Source: Kiloniellaceae bacterium
Lineage (GTDB): Bacteria > Pseudomonadota > Alphaproteobacteria > Kiloniellales > J153
Length of the DNA stretch: 49,323 nucleotides
Direction: 5' to 3'
NCBI GenBank assembly: GCA_021776215.1
Contig: JAJFGI010000423.1
Location: 1-49,323, forward strand
Both the position numbers and the translations under genes were made by a program. The notes below the pieces were generated by a model. The model saw only the letters and a program-made list of their open reading frames with translations, had not been told where the DNA came from and did no database searches. This document shows, piece by piece, positions 8,179-17,505 of the stretch; position 1 is the first letter of the stretch, and every line of letters begins with the position of its first letter.

Positions 8179-11100
8179 TCAGCCCGCCCGCATGACCAAC
8201 CGGATCAGGTCCGGCAGGGATTTCGTCCTGGTCCGTTTCATGACGGCAGCCCGATGATTCTCGACCGTGCGCTGGCTGATGCCGAGCCGAGCAGCGATCT
8301 CCTTGTTGGCATTGCCGGCAACAACCTGGTCCATGACCTGGCGTTCGCGAACGGTGAGCTCGGCGAGGCGTGCGACAGCCGCGTCGTTCGATGGCGACTG
8401 ATGAGAGAAGGATGCGCGCGTCAGGGCGCGATCGACGCTGGCCAGCAGCTCGCTGTGCCGCACCGGTTTCTCCAGAAAATCGACCGCACCGGCCTTCATC
8501 GCCGCGACCGCCATCGGCACGTCGCCGTGGCCGGTGATCATGATGGCGGGCAGGTGAATGCTGTCTTTCTTCAACCGTCCGATCAAGGCAAGTCCGTCCA
8601 TGCCCGGCAGGCGGGCATCAACGACAAGGCAACCGGCCTGGTCGCGCTGATAGATATCCAGGAACGCCTCGCCGCTGGCGCAGAGCTGCATTGCGTGGCC
8701 GTGTTCGTGTAGCGACTCGCCTACGGCTTCACGTACCGCGGCGTCGTCATCGACCACGAAAACGGTAGGCGAACGCGATTTAACAATCGGTAGACTGGCA
8801 GCCAATACCCGCTTCTCGGAGGTCGCCTTCGATCGAGACGGCACCAGCAGGCTTTGGGTGAGCCGCATCAGTTTGGCCGCCTTCACCGGTTTGTGCAAAT
8901 ACAGGCAGCCCTGTCGCGCAATTTCGCGCAGCGTGTCCGTCGAGATATCGCCGGTCAGGATGATGACCGGTATTTCGTCATGTAGCGTCGCGCGCAATGC
9001 GGCAGCCACCTGCAAGCCGTTCAGGCCCGAGGGCAGATTGTAGTCGGCAACGACGACATCCGGTCTGAGCGTCCCGCGTGCCGCGAGTTCGAAGGCTTCG
9101 CGACCATCGGCGGCGGCGACAGTGCGATGGCCTTCCTCCTGGAACAGCAGCACCAGCATCTCACGAACTTCCGGGTCGTCTTCGACGATCAGGATTTCGC
9201 CGGCCCTCGGCGTGGGCTTCGCCGGAACGTCGCCGTCGGTCCGGGGCCGCGCGCCGGGTGCCAGGTCTCCGAGCGGCACGTCGATGGCGAATACCGACCC
9301 CGAGCCGGATTGCGAGCGCACATCGATTGGATGATCGAGCAGGTTCGCCAGACGCTGCAGGATTGCCAGGCCCAGGCCGAGGCCGCGGGCCCGTTCGCGA
9401 GCCGGGTTGTCGAGCTGGTGGAACTCCTCGAAAACCGCCTGCAGCTGTTCTTCCGGAATGCCGATCCCCGTGTCCCGGACCTCGATCCGCAGCGTATCGC
9501 CGCGCCGCCGGCAGCCGAGCAAAATCTTGCCCTGCTTGGTGTATTTCACCGCGTTCGACAGGAGATTTCGCAGCATCTGCTCCAGCAACCGTGGGTCGCT
9601 GCGTACGGTCAGGCTGCTCGACACCACGCGCCAGCCGAGTTTCTTGGATTTTGCGTGATAGGCGAAGTCGGCCCGCAGCCGGTCGAGCAGCTCGGCAATT
9701 GGGAAATCAATCACCTCCGCATGCACGATGCCGGCCTCCAGCTGATTGATATCGAGCAGCGTGTTCAGCATGCCCGACATGACCCCCAGGGTCTCGTCGA
9801 TCTTGCCGATCAAACGCAAGGCGCCGGCATCCTTGACCCGTTTCATCAGTATGCCTTGCAGCAGGCTCAGCGTTTGCAGCGGCTGGCGCAGATCGTGGCT
9901 GGCGGCGGCGAGGAAGCGTGACTTGCCAAGATTGGCTCGTTCGGCATGCGATTTCGCCAGCGCCACGGTTTGGTCGGCGCGTTTGCGTTCGGTGATGTCG
10001 TCGATCGCCACCAGTATCCGTCGCTTGGCGGTCGGCACCTCGCGCAATTTCCGGGCACTCAGCAGCAGCGACCGCCGGCCAAGCGTCGGCAGGTCGAGCT
10101 CCATCTCGTGGTCTTCGATTGCAGTGTGCTGGGCTAGCACCTGGGCGATAAAGCTCGCCATGGCCGGAGCATTGAACAGGCTGGCAAATGGTCGGCCCAC
10201 GGCCTCAGCGCGATCAACGCTGAAGGCGCGGTAGAAGGAACGATTGGCCGAGACCAGGCAAAGCCCTTCATCGAGCACGGCCAGCGGTTGGCGCACAGTA
10301 TCGATGATGCTGTCAGCATAGGTCAGAGCGGTCTCGATCACCTGCCCGGCCGCCTTTATCGAGGAAATATCGGTGAAGGTCACGACCACTCCCTCGATAT
10401 GGCCCTCGAGGGTGCGGTAGGGCAGAACGCGCCGGATATACCAGTCGCCGCCGTCGCTGCGGATCTCGCGGCTGAGCGGCAGTCCTGTGGACAGCACGTG
10501 TTGCGCCTCGACCGGCAGATCGACGTCATCGGAGCACGACGCGAGATCGGCCAGCGGCCGGCCGATGTCCGAGGCGATGACGCGCAACAACGATGTCACC
10601 GCCGGGGTGAAGAATCGGATGCCGAGCTTTTGGTCCAGGAACAGCGTCGCCACATCGCTGCTGTCGAGGATGTTCTGCATGTCGTTTGCCGTCGCGCGTT
10701 GCTGTGCCACCGTCGCCTGCAGCTCGGCGTTGAGGGAGGTCAGTTCCTGGTTCAGCGACTGCAGCTCCTCTTTCGAAGTCTCCAGCTCCTCGTTGGTCGA
10801 CTGGTACTCCTCGTTGACCGATTGGGCTTCTTCGTTGATCGCCCGGTGTTCCTCGCTCGCCAGATCCAGATCGTGGATGGCGCTCTGCAGCTCCTGGCGC
10901 GTGACGTCGAGCTCCTGTTCGAGCTGGCGGACCAGCGTCGCATCGGCGGTGAGGTTCAGGGGGCTACCCGCCTGCCGCACCAGCTCCGGCCGATCGATGA
11001 AGCTGACCAGCAGCAGCGACTCGGTGCCGCGCTGCACCGGTTCGACGGCGATGTCGACGGCGACAGTGCCTTGCTCGAGCGTCATCCGCGCGCTGCTCGC

Positions 11101-12918
11101 CACGATCCGGTGGCCGGCGCGGCGGGCCTGCAGGATCGCCGCACGGAGCTTCGGGCGCAGGCCGTCGCGCGCCATGGCCAGCACGTCTCGGTTGGCATCG
11201 CCGGAGGCCACCCGCAGGTAGCGGTCGACCGCGCCGAAGTGGAACAAACCCTCGTTGTTACGGTTGATCAGCACAGAGGCCGGCGCATAGGACTCGAGCA
11301 GCCGTCGCTGCGCCAGATCACCAAGACCGGTGGCGGGCGCGACGGCAGCTCGCAACGCCGGCGTCCTGGGCTGTCGCGGCTCCTGTCCGGCGCCGATCGG
11401 GAACCGAACTTCGCTCGGCCGGCTGCTGCCAATGCGCCGGAACAATGGCATGTCCTCGATGATCGGCTCGAAACGGTGCGCCAAACTGCCTACCGTCTCG
11501 GAAACGCCGAGAAACAGCACGCCGCCCTCGCGCAGCGCGAAATGGAACAACGACAAGATCTGCTGTTGCGCCTCCGGTCGCAAATAGATCAACAGATTGC
11601 GGCAGGAGACCAGATCGAGGCGCGAGAACGGCGCATCGGTGAGCAAATCCTGGACCGTGAACACCACTGCCTCGCGCAGCTTCGGCTTCACGCGATAGCC
11701 ATGCGCCTCCTTGATGAAGAAACGTGCTAGCCGAGCTGGCGTCACGTCGGCCACAATTGACTCCGGATAGAGGCCGTTGCGGGCGAAGCTCACCGCATCC
11801 TCGTCGATATCGGAAGCGAAGACTTGCAGCTTTACGCCGCCCTCAGCTGTCGCAACCGCCTCGAGCAGGATCATGGCAATGGAATAGACTTCCTCGCCGG
11901 TACTGCAGGCGGGCACCCACACGCGCACCAGCCGATCCGGTGCCCGGCCGCGGATCAGGTCCGGAACGGCTTGCGCCGCCAACAGTTCGAACGCGTTCGG
12001 ATCGCGGAAAAAGCTGGTGACGTGGATCAACAGATCTTTCGCCAGGTGCTTGATCTCGTCGGGATCCTTGCGCAGCATCTCCAGATAGTGACCGCCATCG
12101 GCGACGCGACGGATCGCCATCCGTCGCTCCAACCGGCGCAGCAGTGTGCCGGTCTTGTACAAGGAAAAATCGTGTGTGCTCTCGGTATGCAGCAGCGCAA
12201 TGGTCTGCTCGAGCAGTTCCGGTGCTTGCTCCGGTGGCACGAGGGGCTTCCGCCCAGTTGGGCGGCCGAGCGACGGCCGGTCCGTCAACGCCGCCGGAAT
12301 CTCGGCCAGCGATAGCACCAGATCGACCGCACCGGTCTTGATGGCGCTGCGTGGCATGCCGTCATACGCGGCCTCTTCGGGATCCTGGGCGATCACCAGA
12401 CCGCCATGCTCCTTGATCGCCTTGATCCCTTGGCTGCCGTCGGTTCCGGTTCCGGAAAGCACGGCGCAAATCGCACGTTTGCCGCAAGCCTCCGCCAGCG
12501 AGCGCAGGAAGAAATTGAACGGCATCCTGGCGCCACGGCGCTCCCGCGGCTGGGACAGGTGGAGAGCATCGTCGCGGATCGCCAGATAGGCGCTTGGCGG
12601 TATCAGGTAGACATGGTTGGGCTCGATCGGCATGCCATCCGCCGACTGTACGACGGTCATTGACGTATGGCCGGCGAGCAGGCTGACCATCATGCTCTCG
12701 TGCGTCGGGTCGAGGTGCTGGATCAGGACGAAAGCCATGCCGCTGTCGGCCGGCAGGGCGATGAGCAGCTTCCGGAACGCCTCAAGCCCGCCTGCCGAGG
12801 CGCCCACGCCGACGATTGGGAAGGTCGCTCGCCGTGACGACTTGGTGCGCTTGGCGGCGGCTCCTGAGGGTTTCGCCGCTTGTCCGATCACGGACCGACG
12901 GCGTTTCTTGATGGCCAT
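8179..12918 (-). CDS. Multidomain CheB-methylesterase / CheR-methyltransferase / PAS / hybrid histidine kinase fused to a second receiver and a LuxR-type HTH (FixJ-like) output
   Basis: Domains read in order:
- CheB: VGVGASAGGLEAF...LIQHLDP.
- CheR: LLIHVTSFFRDP...VWVPACSTGEEVYSIAM...FASDID.
- A coiled coil, then PAS regions.
- HisKA: FLAAASHDLRQPLQTL.
- HATPase: RDTGIGIP...GLGLGLAI.
- REC1: ILIVEDDP...ADYNLP.
- REC2: VFVVDDDAAV...VVDARLPGMDG.
- LuxR HTH: LTVRERQVMDQVVAGNANKEIAARLGISQRTVENHR. Confidence 0.95.
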   Translation of the reverse strand: MAIKKRRRSVIGQAAKPSGAAAKRTKSSRRATFPIVGVGASAGGLEAFRKLLIALPADSGMAFVLIQHLDPTHESMMVSLLAGHTSMTVVQSADGMPIEPNHVYLIPPSAYLAIRDDALHLSQPRERRGARMPFNFFLRSLAEACGKRAICAVLSGTGTDGSQGIKAIKEHGGLVIAQDPEEAAYDGMPRSAIKTGAVDLVLSLAEIPAALTDRPSLGRPTGRKPLVPPEQAPELLEQTIALLHTESTHDFSLYKTGTLLRRLERRMAIRRVADGGHYLEMLRKDPDEIKHLAKDLLIHVTSFFRDPNAFELLAAQAVPDLIRGRAPDRLVRVWVPACSTGEEVYSIAMILLEAVATAEGGVKLQVFASDIDEDAVSFARNGLYPESIVADVTPARLARFFIKEAHGYRVKPKLREAVVFTVQDLLTDAPFSRLDLVSCRNLLIYLRPEAQQQILSLFHFALREGGVLFLGVSETVGSLAHRFEPIIEDMPLFRRIGSSRPSEVRFPIGAGQEPRQPRTPALRAAVAPATGLGDLAQRRLLESYAPASVLINRNNEGLFHFGAVDRYLRVASGDANRDVLAMARDGLRPKLRAAILQARRAGHRIVASSARMTLEQGTVAVDIAVEPVQRGTESLLLVSFIDRPELVRQAGSPLNLTADATLVRQLEQELDVTRQELQSAIHDLDLASEEHRAINEEAQSVNEEYQSTNEELETSKEELQSLNQELTSLNAELQATVAQQRATANDMQNILDSSDVATLFLDQKLGIRFFTPAVTSLLRVIASDIGRPLADLASCSDDVDLPVEAQHVLSTGLPLSREIRSDGGDWYIRRVLPYRTLEGHIEGVVVTFTDISSIKAAGQVIETALTYADSIIDTVRQPLAVLDEGLCLVSANRSFYRAFSVDRAEAVGRPFASLFNAPAMASFIAQVLAQHTAIEDHEMELDLPTLGRRSLLLSARKLREVPTAKRRILVAIDDITERKRADQTVALAKSHAERANLGKSRFLAAASHDLRQPLQTLSLLQGILMKRVKDAGALRLIGKIDETLGVMSGMLNTLLDINQLEAGIVHAEVIDFPIAELLDRLRADFAYHAKSKKLGWRVVSSSLTVRSDPRLLEQMLRNLLSNAVKYTKQGKILLGCRRRGDTLRIEVRDTGIGIPEEQLQAVFEEFHQLDNPARERARGLGLGLAILQRLANLLDHPIDVRSQSGSGSVFAIDVPLGDLAPGARPRTDGDVPAKPTPRAGEILIVEDDPEVREMLVLLFQEEGHRTVAAADGREAFELAARGTLRPDVVVADYNLPSGLNGLQVAAALRATLHDEIPVIILTGDISTDTLREIARQGCLYLHKPVKAAKLMRLTQSLLVPSRSKATSEKRVLAASLPIVKSRSPTVFVVDDDAAVREAVGESLHEHGHAMQLCASGEAFLDIYQRDQAGCLVVDARLPGMDGLALIGRLKKDSIHLPAIMITGHGDVPMAVAAMKAGAVDFLEKPVRHSELLASVDRALTRASFSHQSPSNDAAVARLAELTVRERQVMDQVVAGNANKEIAARLGISQRTVENHRAAVMKRTRTKSLPDLIRLVMRAG

Positions 12919-13164
12919 TCAAGCCTGCTTCAGTCTCAGCCAAGGGCTCCGGCATGCGGCCGGAGCGAGCAGGGACCTGCCCACATTACTACCTTTTCGC
13001 CTTGCTTGCGATAGCCTCGGTGCATAATTGGCTAGTGCCGCATCGTTCTGGGAACACATCCCGCCAAGTGGCAAGCTATGCCGCTCGCTGGGGCCAACGC
13101 GCGGCCGAGGAGCGGCCAATCTCGCTTTCGTCGGCCGTGTGGTCCAGCGCCGAAACTGTGCCCC

Positions 13165-13710
13165 CTATAATGCCTTGCGGTGATCAACCTGCATCACCAG
13201 ACGAAGGGTTTGCCGCCCGCGCGACAGGCGGGAACGCACAGTGCCCACTGGCACGTTCATGACGGTCGAAGCCTCTTTATAGGTAAATCCTTCGAGCCCG
13301 ACTAATAGGACCGCTATACGCTGGCTATCCGGAAGGGCATTGAGCGACAATTCGAGGTTCTTGAGCTCGATCGAGTCGATTTGATTTGGCGGCCAAGACA
13401 TTTGCGGACGCTGCTCGTCAATCGACAGCAGCCTTGGGCGCGACGCGTAGCGGCGTTTGTGATCAATGAATAAGTTGTGCAAGATCGTGAACAGCCATGC
13501 CTTCATGTTGGTTCCGGGCTGCCAGCGATGGCCACGCTCAATGGCCCTCACTAGACAATCCTGAACTAGATCGTCAACCTGGTCGGGACCACCAAATAAA
13601 AAGCGCGCATATCGGCGAAGTTGTGGAATATACTCTAAAACTTCAACACGAGTATCAGTTATAGCACCCAAAATTGGATTAGATGAATTGGGCAGAGCGT
13701 TCGTGCGCAT
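13165..13710 (-). CDS. ECF-type RNA polymerase sigma-70 family factor
   Basis: Region 2 (DDLVQDCLVRAIE...AWLFTILHNLFIDHKRR) and region 4 (LPDSQRIAVLLVGLEGFTYKEASTVMNVPVGTVRSRLSRGR) are present. The ATG follows a GGAGG site. No anti-sigma ORF is adjacent. Confidence 0.9.
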   Translation of the reverse strand: MRTNALPNSSNPILGAITDTRVEVLEYIPQLRRYARFLFGGPDQVDDLVQDCLVRAIERGHRWQPGTNMKAWLFTILHNLFIDHKRRYASRPRLLSIDEQRPQMSWPPNQIDSIELKNLELSLNALPDSQRIAVLLVGLEGFTYKEASTVMNVPVGTVRSRLSRGRQTLRLVMQVDHRKAL

Positions 13711-14193
13711 GATGGAAGGCCTCCGCGGTCTGTAGTGTTAGAGGCTTCCGAAACTGCAATAAGATTCGGATGATGCGGTCGGTGGGAAGCTTCAACTTCG
13801 AGTGAACATACCGACGGATGCAGTCGCGGAGTAGGCTCGGAATCTACTCAGGCCGGGTGACCAGCTCCGTCCGTGGCCGGCGACGAGTGGTTCTCGCACC
13901 TACTTTCTCGGATCCACTACCACTTTGGCTCCTACAGATCGCTTGGGCAGATGCTGCTCTGGTGCACGCGCTTGGCCAGCATTTCAATCGCCGTCGACAC
14001 TCACCTTGCGGCTCGAAGTCGGCGGTCGTTGGTTGGCCCAATTGGTTGGCTTGATGCGATCCAACGCCTGGCTGGGCGCGACTCCTGCGGCCGCGTGCGA
14101 TGAGTGTATTCCGACTCTATTTCGATTGGCCCGCCGCTTCCTATGGTACGGCAAATGCCAAACTCGCCCGAGATGCCATCGAGAGGTCGCGTC

Positions 14194-14826
14194 ATGCTCG
14201 AAGCCAGGACCAGGCCGAGCTTTGTTCTCGGCGAATTGCCGTATGCTGGGAACGCGCCCGAGCCAATGTTTTTCGCTGGCACCCTCTCCCTGAATCACGG
14301 CAAGCACCATGCCGGCTACGTGGCCAGGTTGAACGAACTCGTCGATGGCACCCGTTACGCCGGTCAGCCGCTGGAGGCGGTCGTCGTGGGAGCGGTCAAG
14401 GATGCACAGGCAAAAGAGATCTTCGATCACGCTGCGCAGATCTGGAACCACAACTTCTATTGGCGCAGCATGCGACCGGGCGGCGGCGATCCGCCGCAAG
14501 GCCGGATCAAGAGCGCGCTGGACCGGGATTTCGGCGGCGAACGGCAAGTTCGCGACGCGCTTGCCAAGACCGCCGCCGATCGGTTCGGCAGCGGCTGGGT
14601 TTGGCTCGTGGCACGTAAGGATGGACGGCTTGAGGTCACTTCCACGGGCAACGCCGATTCGCCGCTCGCCTGGGGCAAGGTGCCGCTCCCCACGATTGAC
14701 ATCTGGGAGCACGCCTATTATCTCGACTACCAGAACCGCCGCGCCGACTACGTAGCGGCTTGGCTCGACAAGCTGGTTGATTGGCGATTTGCCGACGAAA
14801 AGTTTTGCTCGCTGGACCGCAAGTGA
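14194..14826 (+). CDS. Fe/Mn superoxide dismutase family protein with atypical first metal-ligand position
   Basis: LPYAGNAPEP...LSLNHGKHHAGYV...AAQIWNHNFYW...GSGWVWL...DIWEHAYYLDYQNRRADY. The ATG at 14194 follows a GAGAGG site; the longest ORF starts at 14104. Confidence 0.85.
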   Translation: MLEARTRPSFVLGELPYAGNAPEPMFFAGTLSLNHGKHHAGYVARLNELVDGTRYAGQPLEAVVVGAVKDAQAKEIFDHAAQIWNHNFYWRSMRPGGGDPPQGRIKSALDRDFGGERQVRDALAKTAADRFGSGWVWLVARKDGRLEVTSTGNADSPLAWGKVPLPTIDIWEHAYYLDYQNRRADYVAAWLDKLVDWRFADEKFCSLDRK

Positions 14827-14979
14827 CTATTGGTCGCCTGCGGCCTATCCGGGCTGACAGAAACAGCGCCAGCCGGCGCTGCATGAGAAATCGGGATCCA
14901 ATGGTCGCAGAGTGGCGCCCATGATGCGCAGGGATCGGCTAGGGCGGCTCAGCCGCGAATTTGAAGGAGTAAATGGGCT

Positions 14980-15123
14980 ATGAACCGCAATATTCTGTAC
15001 GCCGTCGTTGGTGCGCTCGCTGTCATTAGCGCGGTGCTCGGCTATCAATACTATCAGGAGCAGCAGAAGACCGGTATCGATATCACCGTCGGGAATGGCG
15101 GTGTCTCCATCGAAAAGAAATGA
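14980..15123 (+). CDS. Small single-TM protein (47 aa), hypothetical
   Basis: MNRNILYAVVGALAVISAVLGYQYYQEQQKTGIDITVGNGGVSIEKK, with a GAAGGAG site 10 nt upstream. It falls below the ORF-track length cutoff. Confidence 0.4.
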   Translation: MNRNILYAVVGALAVISAVLGYQYYQEQQKTGIDITVGNGGVSIEKK

Positions 15124-15274
15124 TCCATTGCTGGGCAACGATGATGGCCGATATGCGTTCCTGAGTCCGCGGTGGTCCGATCCAGATCGTGATGGGATAG
15201 GTTGAACCTCGTGGGCGCTTAGGTAGCCCCCTTAGCGCGTATCGCACGTCATCCGGAATGCGCCGACACTCCAC

Positions 15275-16450
15275 TTACCGTTCCAACAGTCCGCCGACGG
15301 GTTTTAGGTCGTCCACGTGGTCGCATATGGCCTTGATGGCCATGAGGATAGGTATGCCTAGCAACAAGCCCCATACGCCCCACAGCCACCCCCAAAACAA
15401 CACGCCCGCGAATATCACCACGGCATTCATCTGGCTTGCCCGGCTGGTTAGCCAGGGTGTCAACAAAAAGCCTTCGAGATTGGTGATGAGCAGAGCGATC
15501 CCGGAAACCAAGAGTGCCATGCCGATTGTTTCGAACTGGAGAAACGCGACCAGCGCCGTGGCAACGGTCACGATCACCGCGCCGAGATAGGGAATGGTAT
15601 TCAGTATCGCGGCGGCGATCCCCCAAATCGCCGCATGTTCCAAACCGACCCCGAGAAACGCAAGCCAAGTCGCCACCCCCACAAGTGAACTGGTGAAGAG
15701 CTGGACCAGCAGATAGCGTTGAATCTGACCAGTGATTTTGTCCAGCATTTGCAGGGTGATCTTCTTCCTGCCAAATGTGGGGCCGTTGATGCTGACCAAC
15801 TTGCGCCGGAAACTATCGCCTGAAACGATCAGAAAATAGGCGAGGAATAGAACGATGATGACCTGACCGGCAAACCCGGCCGCACCCATCGTTCCCGCCC
15901 AAAGATAGTCTTGGATATTGAACTTGGCTTTCTCGATTTGCACCCGGGTCACCCCAACAGGGGGAGTAGGGGACGGGGTTGGTGTATCGCTCGCCGCCTC
16001 CTCCAGCTCGGTGGTGGCTTTTTGCACCTTCTCGATCGCGCTTTCGGACGTCCCCCGTTCCACGCGCAGGGTTTGGCGAAACTTCTGCGCCGCTTCAGGC
16101 AGTGTCTCGATCATTGCGGCGGTTTCGTCGCTGAGCGAATAAGCCAGAGAGCCGATCCCGCCCACGATACCGATCAACAGTACTGCGGCCCCGATGGCGC
16201 GGGGAATTCGCCATCTTTGCATCAGGTTGACGAGAGGGGATAGCGCGTAGCTGATCATCACGCCAAACATCAGCGGGATGAAAAACGCACGGGCCCAGTA
16301 CAGTGCGACGATGACGGCAAGAACTGCCAGCAGCGCGAGCGAAAGGCTGTTCGGCGTCCATCCTCTGACAACATCTGCCCCGAGGACGGCACGCCCGCGT
16401 TCATCCTCCGACGGCGCCGCTTGATGGGGCGACACCGATACGTTGGTCAA
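15275..16450 (-). CDS. AI-2E family transporter (PerM/UPF0118)
   Basis: 391-aa polytopic membrane protein with the typical AI-2E layout and motifs (FFIPLMFGVMISYALSPLV...). It has an apparent TTG start immediately after the stop of the upstream ORF. Confidence 0.9.
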   Translation of the reverse strand: MTNVSVSPHQAAPSEDERGRAVLGADVVRGWTPNSLSLALLAVLAVIVALYWARAFFIPLMFGVMISYALSPLVNLMQRWRIPRAIGAAVLLIGIVGGIGSLAYSLSDETAAMIETLPEAAQKFRQTLRVERGTSESAIEKVQKATTELEEAASDTPTPSPTPPVGVTRVQIEKAKFNIQDYLWAGTMGAAGFAGQVIIVLFLAYFLIVSGDSFRRKLVSINGPTFGRKKITLQMLDKITGQIQRYLLVQLFTSSLVGVATWLAFLGVGLEHAAIWGIAAAILNTIPYLGAVIVTVATALVAFLQFETIGMALLVSGIALLITNLEGFLLTPWLTSRASQMNAVVIFAGVLFWGWLWGVWGLLLGIPILMAIKAICDHVDDLKPVGGLLER

Positions 16451-16451
16451 T

Positions 16452-16670
16452 TCATATCCCGGGATTAAGGGCGGAAATCGGTTGCCGGGCCAAGCCGACC
16501 TTTAGGTAAACCGCCGTCGGTGTACCTTTGCGCCGCCTACCAAGGAGGTCTAGGCGATCGGCAAGGTCCCCGAACGTGGCGCTCTTTGAGAGGCGGAACG
16601 ACAGGCAACTGTCGGCAAACAGTGCCACGACCTCGTTCGTTGGTATTCTCGTTTGTTGAGGGCTTTGCAT
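16452..16670 (-). CDS. Hypothetical 72-aa protein, translationally coupled to the AI-2E gene
   Basis: A GGAG site lies 8 nt upstream of the ATG. Its stop is 1 nt from the downstream TTG start (ATGAATTGACC). No recognisable domain. Confidence 0.4.
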   Translation of the reverse strand: MQSPQQTRIPTNEVVALFADSCLSFRLSKSATFGDLADRLDLLGRRRKGTPTAVYLKVGLARQPISALNPGI

Positions 16671-16957
16671 GGTTTTACTCCAAACTTATGCTTAGACCGG
16701 GACCGGTTGCCCGATCGTTCACCCTAGGACATGCCGGCGGGCCGACAGTAGGGTCGGAAACTACCCAAGTTGCGGCGTGCCACCGGCCGGCATCGAGCCG
16801 GCATAACGCAACCGGCGCGAGTACTGCGTACATTCCGAGGCTATGGCGATCGATCGTCGCTCCGTAGAGTACTACAGAACAGCGACGATCCCGACGGCTA
16901 GCGCGAATTGATTGCGGACGGGCCGCTCGGAAACTGGATCGCTCGCAGAGGTCCACC

Positions 16958-17116
16958 ATGTCCCTTAGTACCATTCTGATCATCGTCCTGGTGCTCATGT
17001 TGTTGGGTGTCCTGCCCACTTGGTCGCACAGCGCCAATTGGGGTTATCTGCCAAGCGGCGGCCTCGGCGTACTTCTCGTTGTAATTATCGTGTTGGCGGT
17101 GGTTGGACGCATCTAA
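16958..17116 (+). CDS. DUF3309-like small membrane protein (52 aa)
   Basis: MSLSTILIIVLVLMLLGVLPTWSHSANWGYLPSGGLGVLLVVIIVLAVVGRI, the characteristic two-TM pattern with PxWxxS..WGY. Confidence 0.65.
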   Translation: MSLSTILIIVLVLMLLGVLPTWSHSANWGYLPSGGLGVLLVVIIVLAVVGRI

Positions 17117-17163
17117 CCGCCAGCGGAACCAACACGACCAAACGTATCAATCGGAGAATAATC

Positions 17164-17421
17164 ATGACACGAATTTCAATGAAACATGCCGCGTTGCGGA
17201 CCACTTTGTTCCTCGCGCTACTTGGCCTAGCGGCCTGCGGTAACACCACCGGCGATCGCGCCATCAGCGGAGGCGCCATCGGTGCCGGGGCAGGCGCGGT
17301 TGGCGGGCTGTTGCTTGGCTCGCCGGTGACCGGTGCGGTGATCGGCGGCGCCGCGGGCGCCGCGGCCGGCGCGCTGACCAAAGAGAGCGACATCAACCTC
17401 GGTAAGCCAGTCTGGCGTTAA
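17164..17421 (+). CDS. Glycine-zipper lipoprotein (17-kDa antigen / YMGG-like)
   Basis: The ATG follows a GGAGAA site. Lipobox LLGLAACG, then the glycine zipper GGAIGAGAGAVGGLLLGSPVTGAVIGGAAGAAAGAL. Confidence 0.75.
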   Translation: MTRISMKHAALRTTLFLALLGLAACGNTTGDRAISGGAIGAGAGAVGGLLLGSPVTGAVIGGAAGAAAGALTKESDINLGKPVWR

Positions 17422-17455
17422 CGCCTCGTCGCCTGCTCATTCGACAGTCAATTGA

Positions 17456-17505
17456 GCGGCCGGCGAGCGGATCGCCGGCCGCGACGGCCGGGTGGCCGTT
17501 GTCAT
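17456..17505 (+). terminator. Double hairpin downstream of the glycine-zipper gene (putative terminator)
   Basis: An 11-bp GC stem GCGGCCGGCGA/TCGCCGGCCGC with a 5-nt loop is followed by ACGGCC-GGGT-GGCCGT and TGTCATT. The U-tract is weak. Confidence 0.4.

Noticed and set aside
10288-11730. 480-aa plus-strand ORF, with several other 60-260-aa ORFs, inside the megakinase gene
   Set aside because: It is antisense to a gene with clear domain content. Its Arg/Ala/Gly-rich low-complexity translation is typical of shadow ORFs in high-GC DNA, and it has no recognisable motifs.
13984-14712. 242-aa minus-strand ORF opposite the first SOD gene
   Set aside because: The SOD motifs on the plus strand are clear, so this is an antisense shadow ORF.
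17125-17146. GGAAC...CGTA upstream of the glycine-zipper gene as a third EcfG promoter
   Set aside because: The spacer is only 13 nt, the -10 is CGTA rather than CGTT, and the site lies about 20 nt from the ATG. It does not fit the motif.
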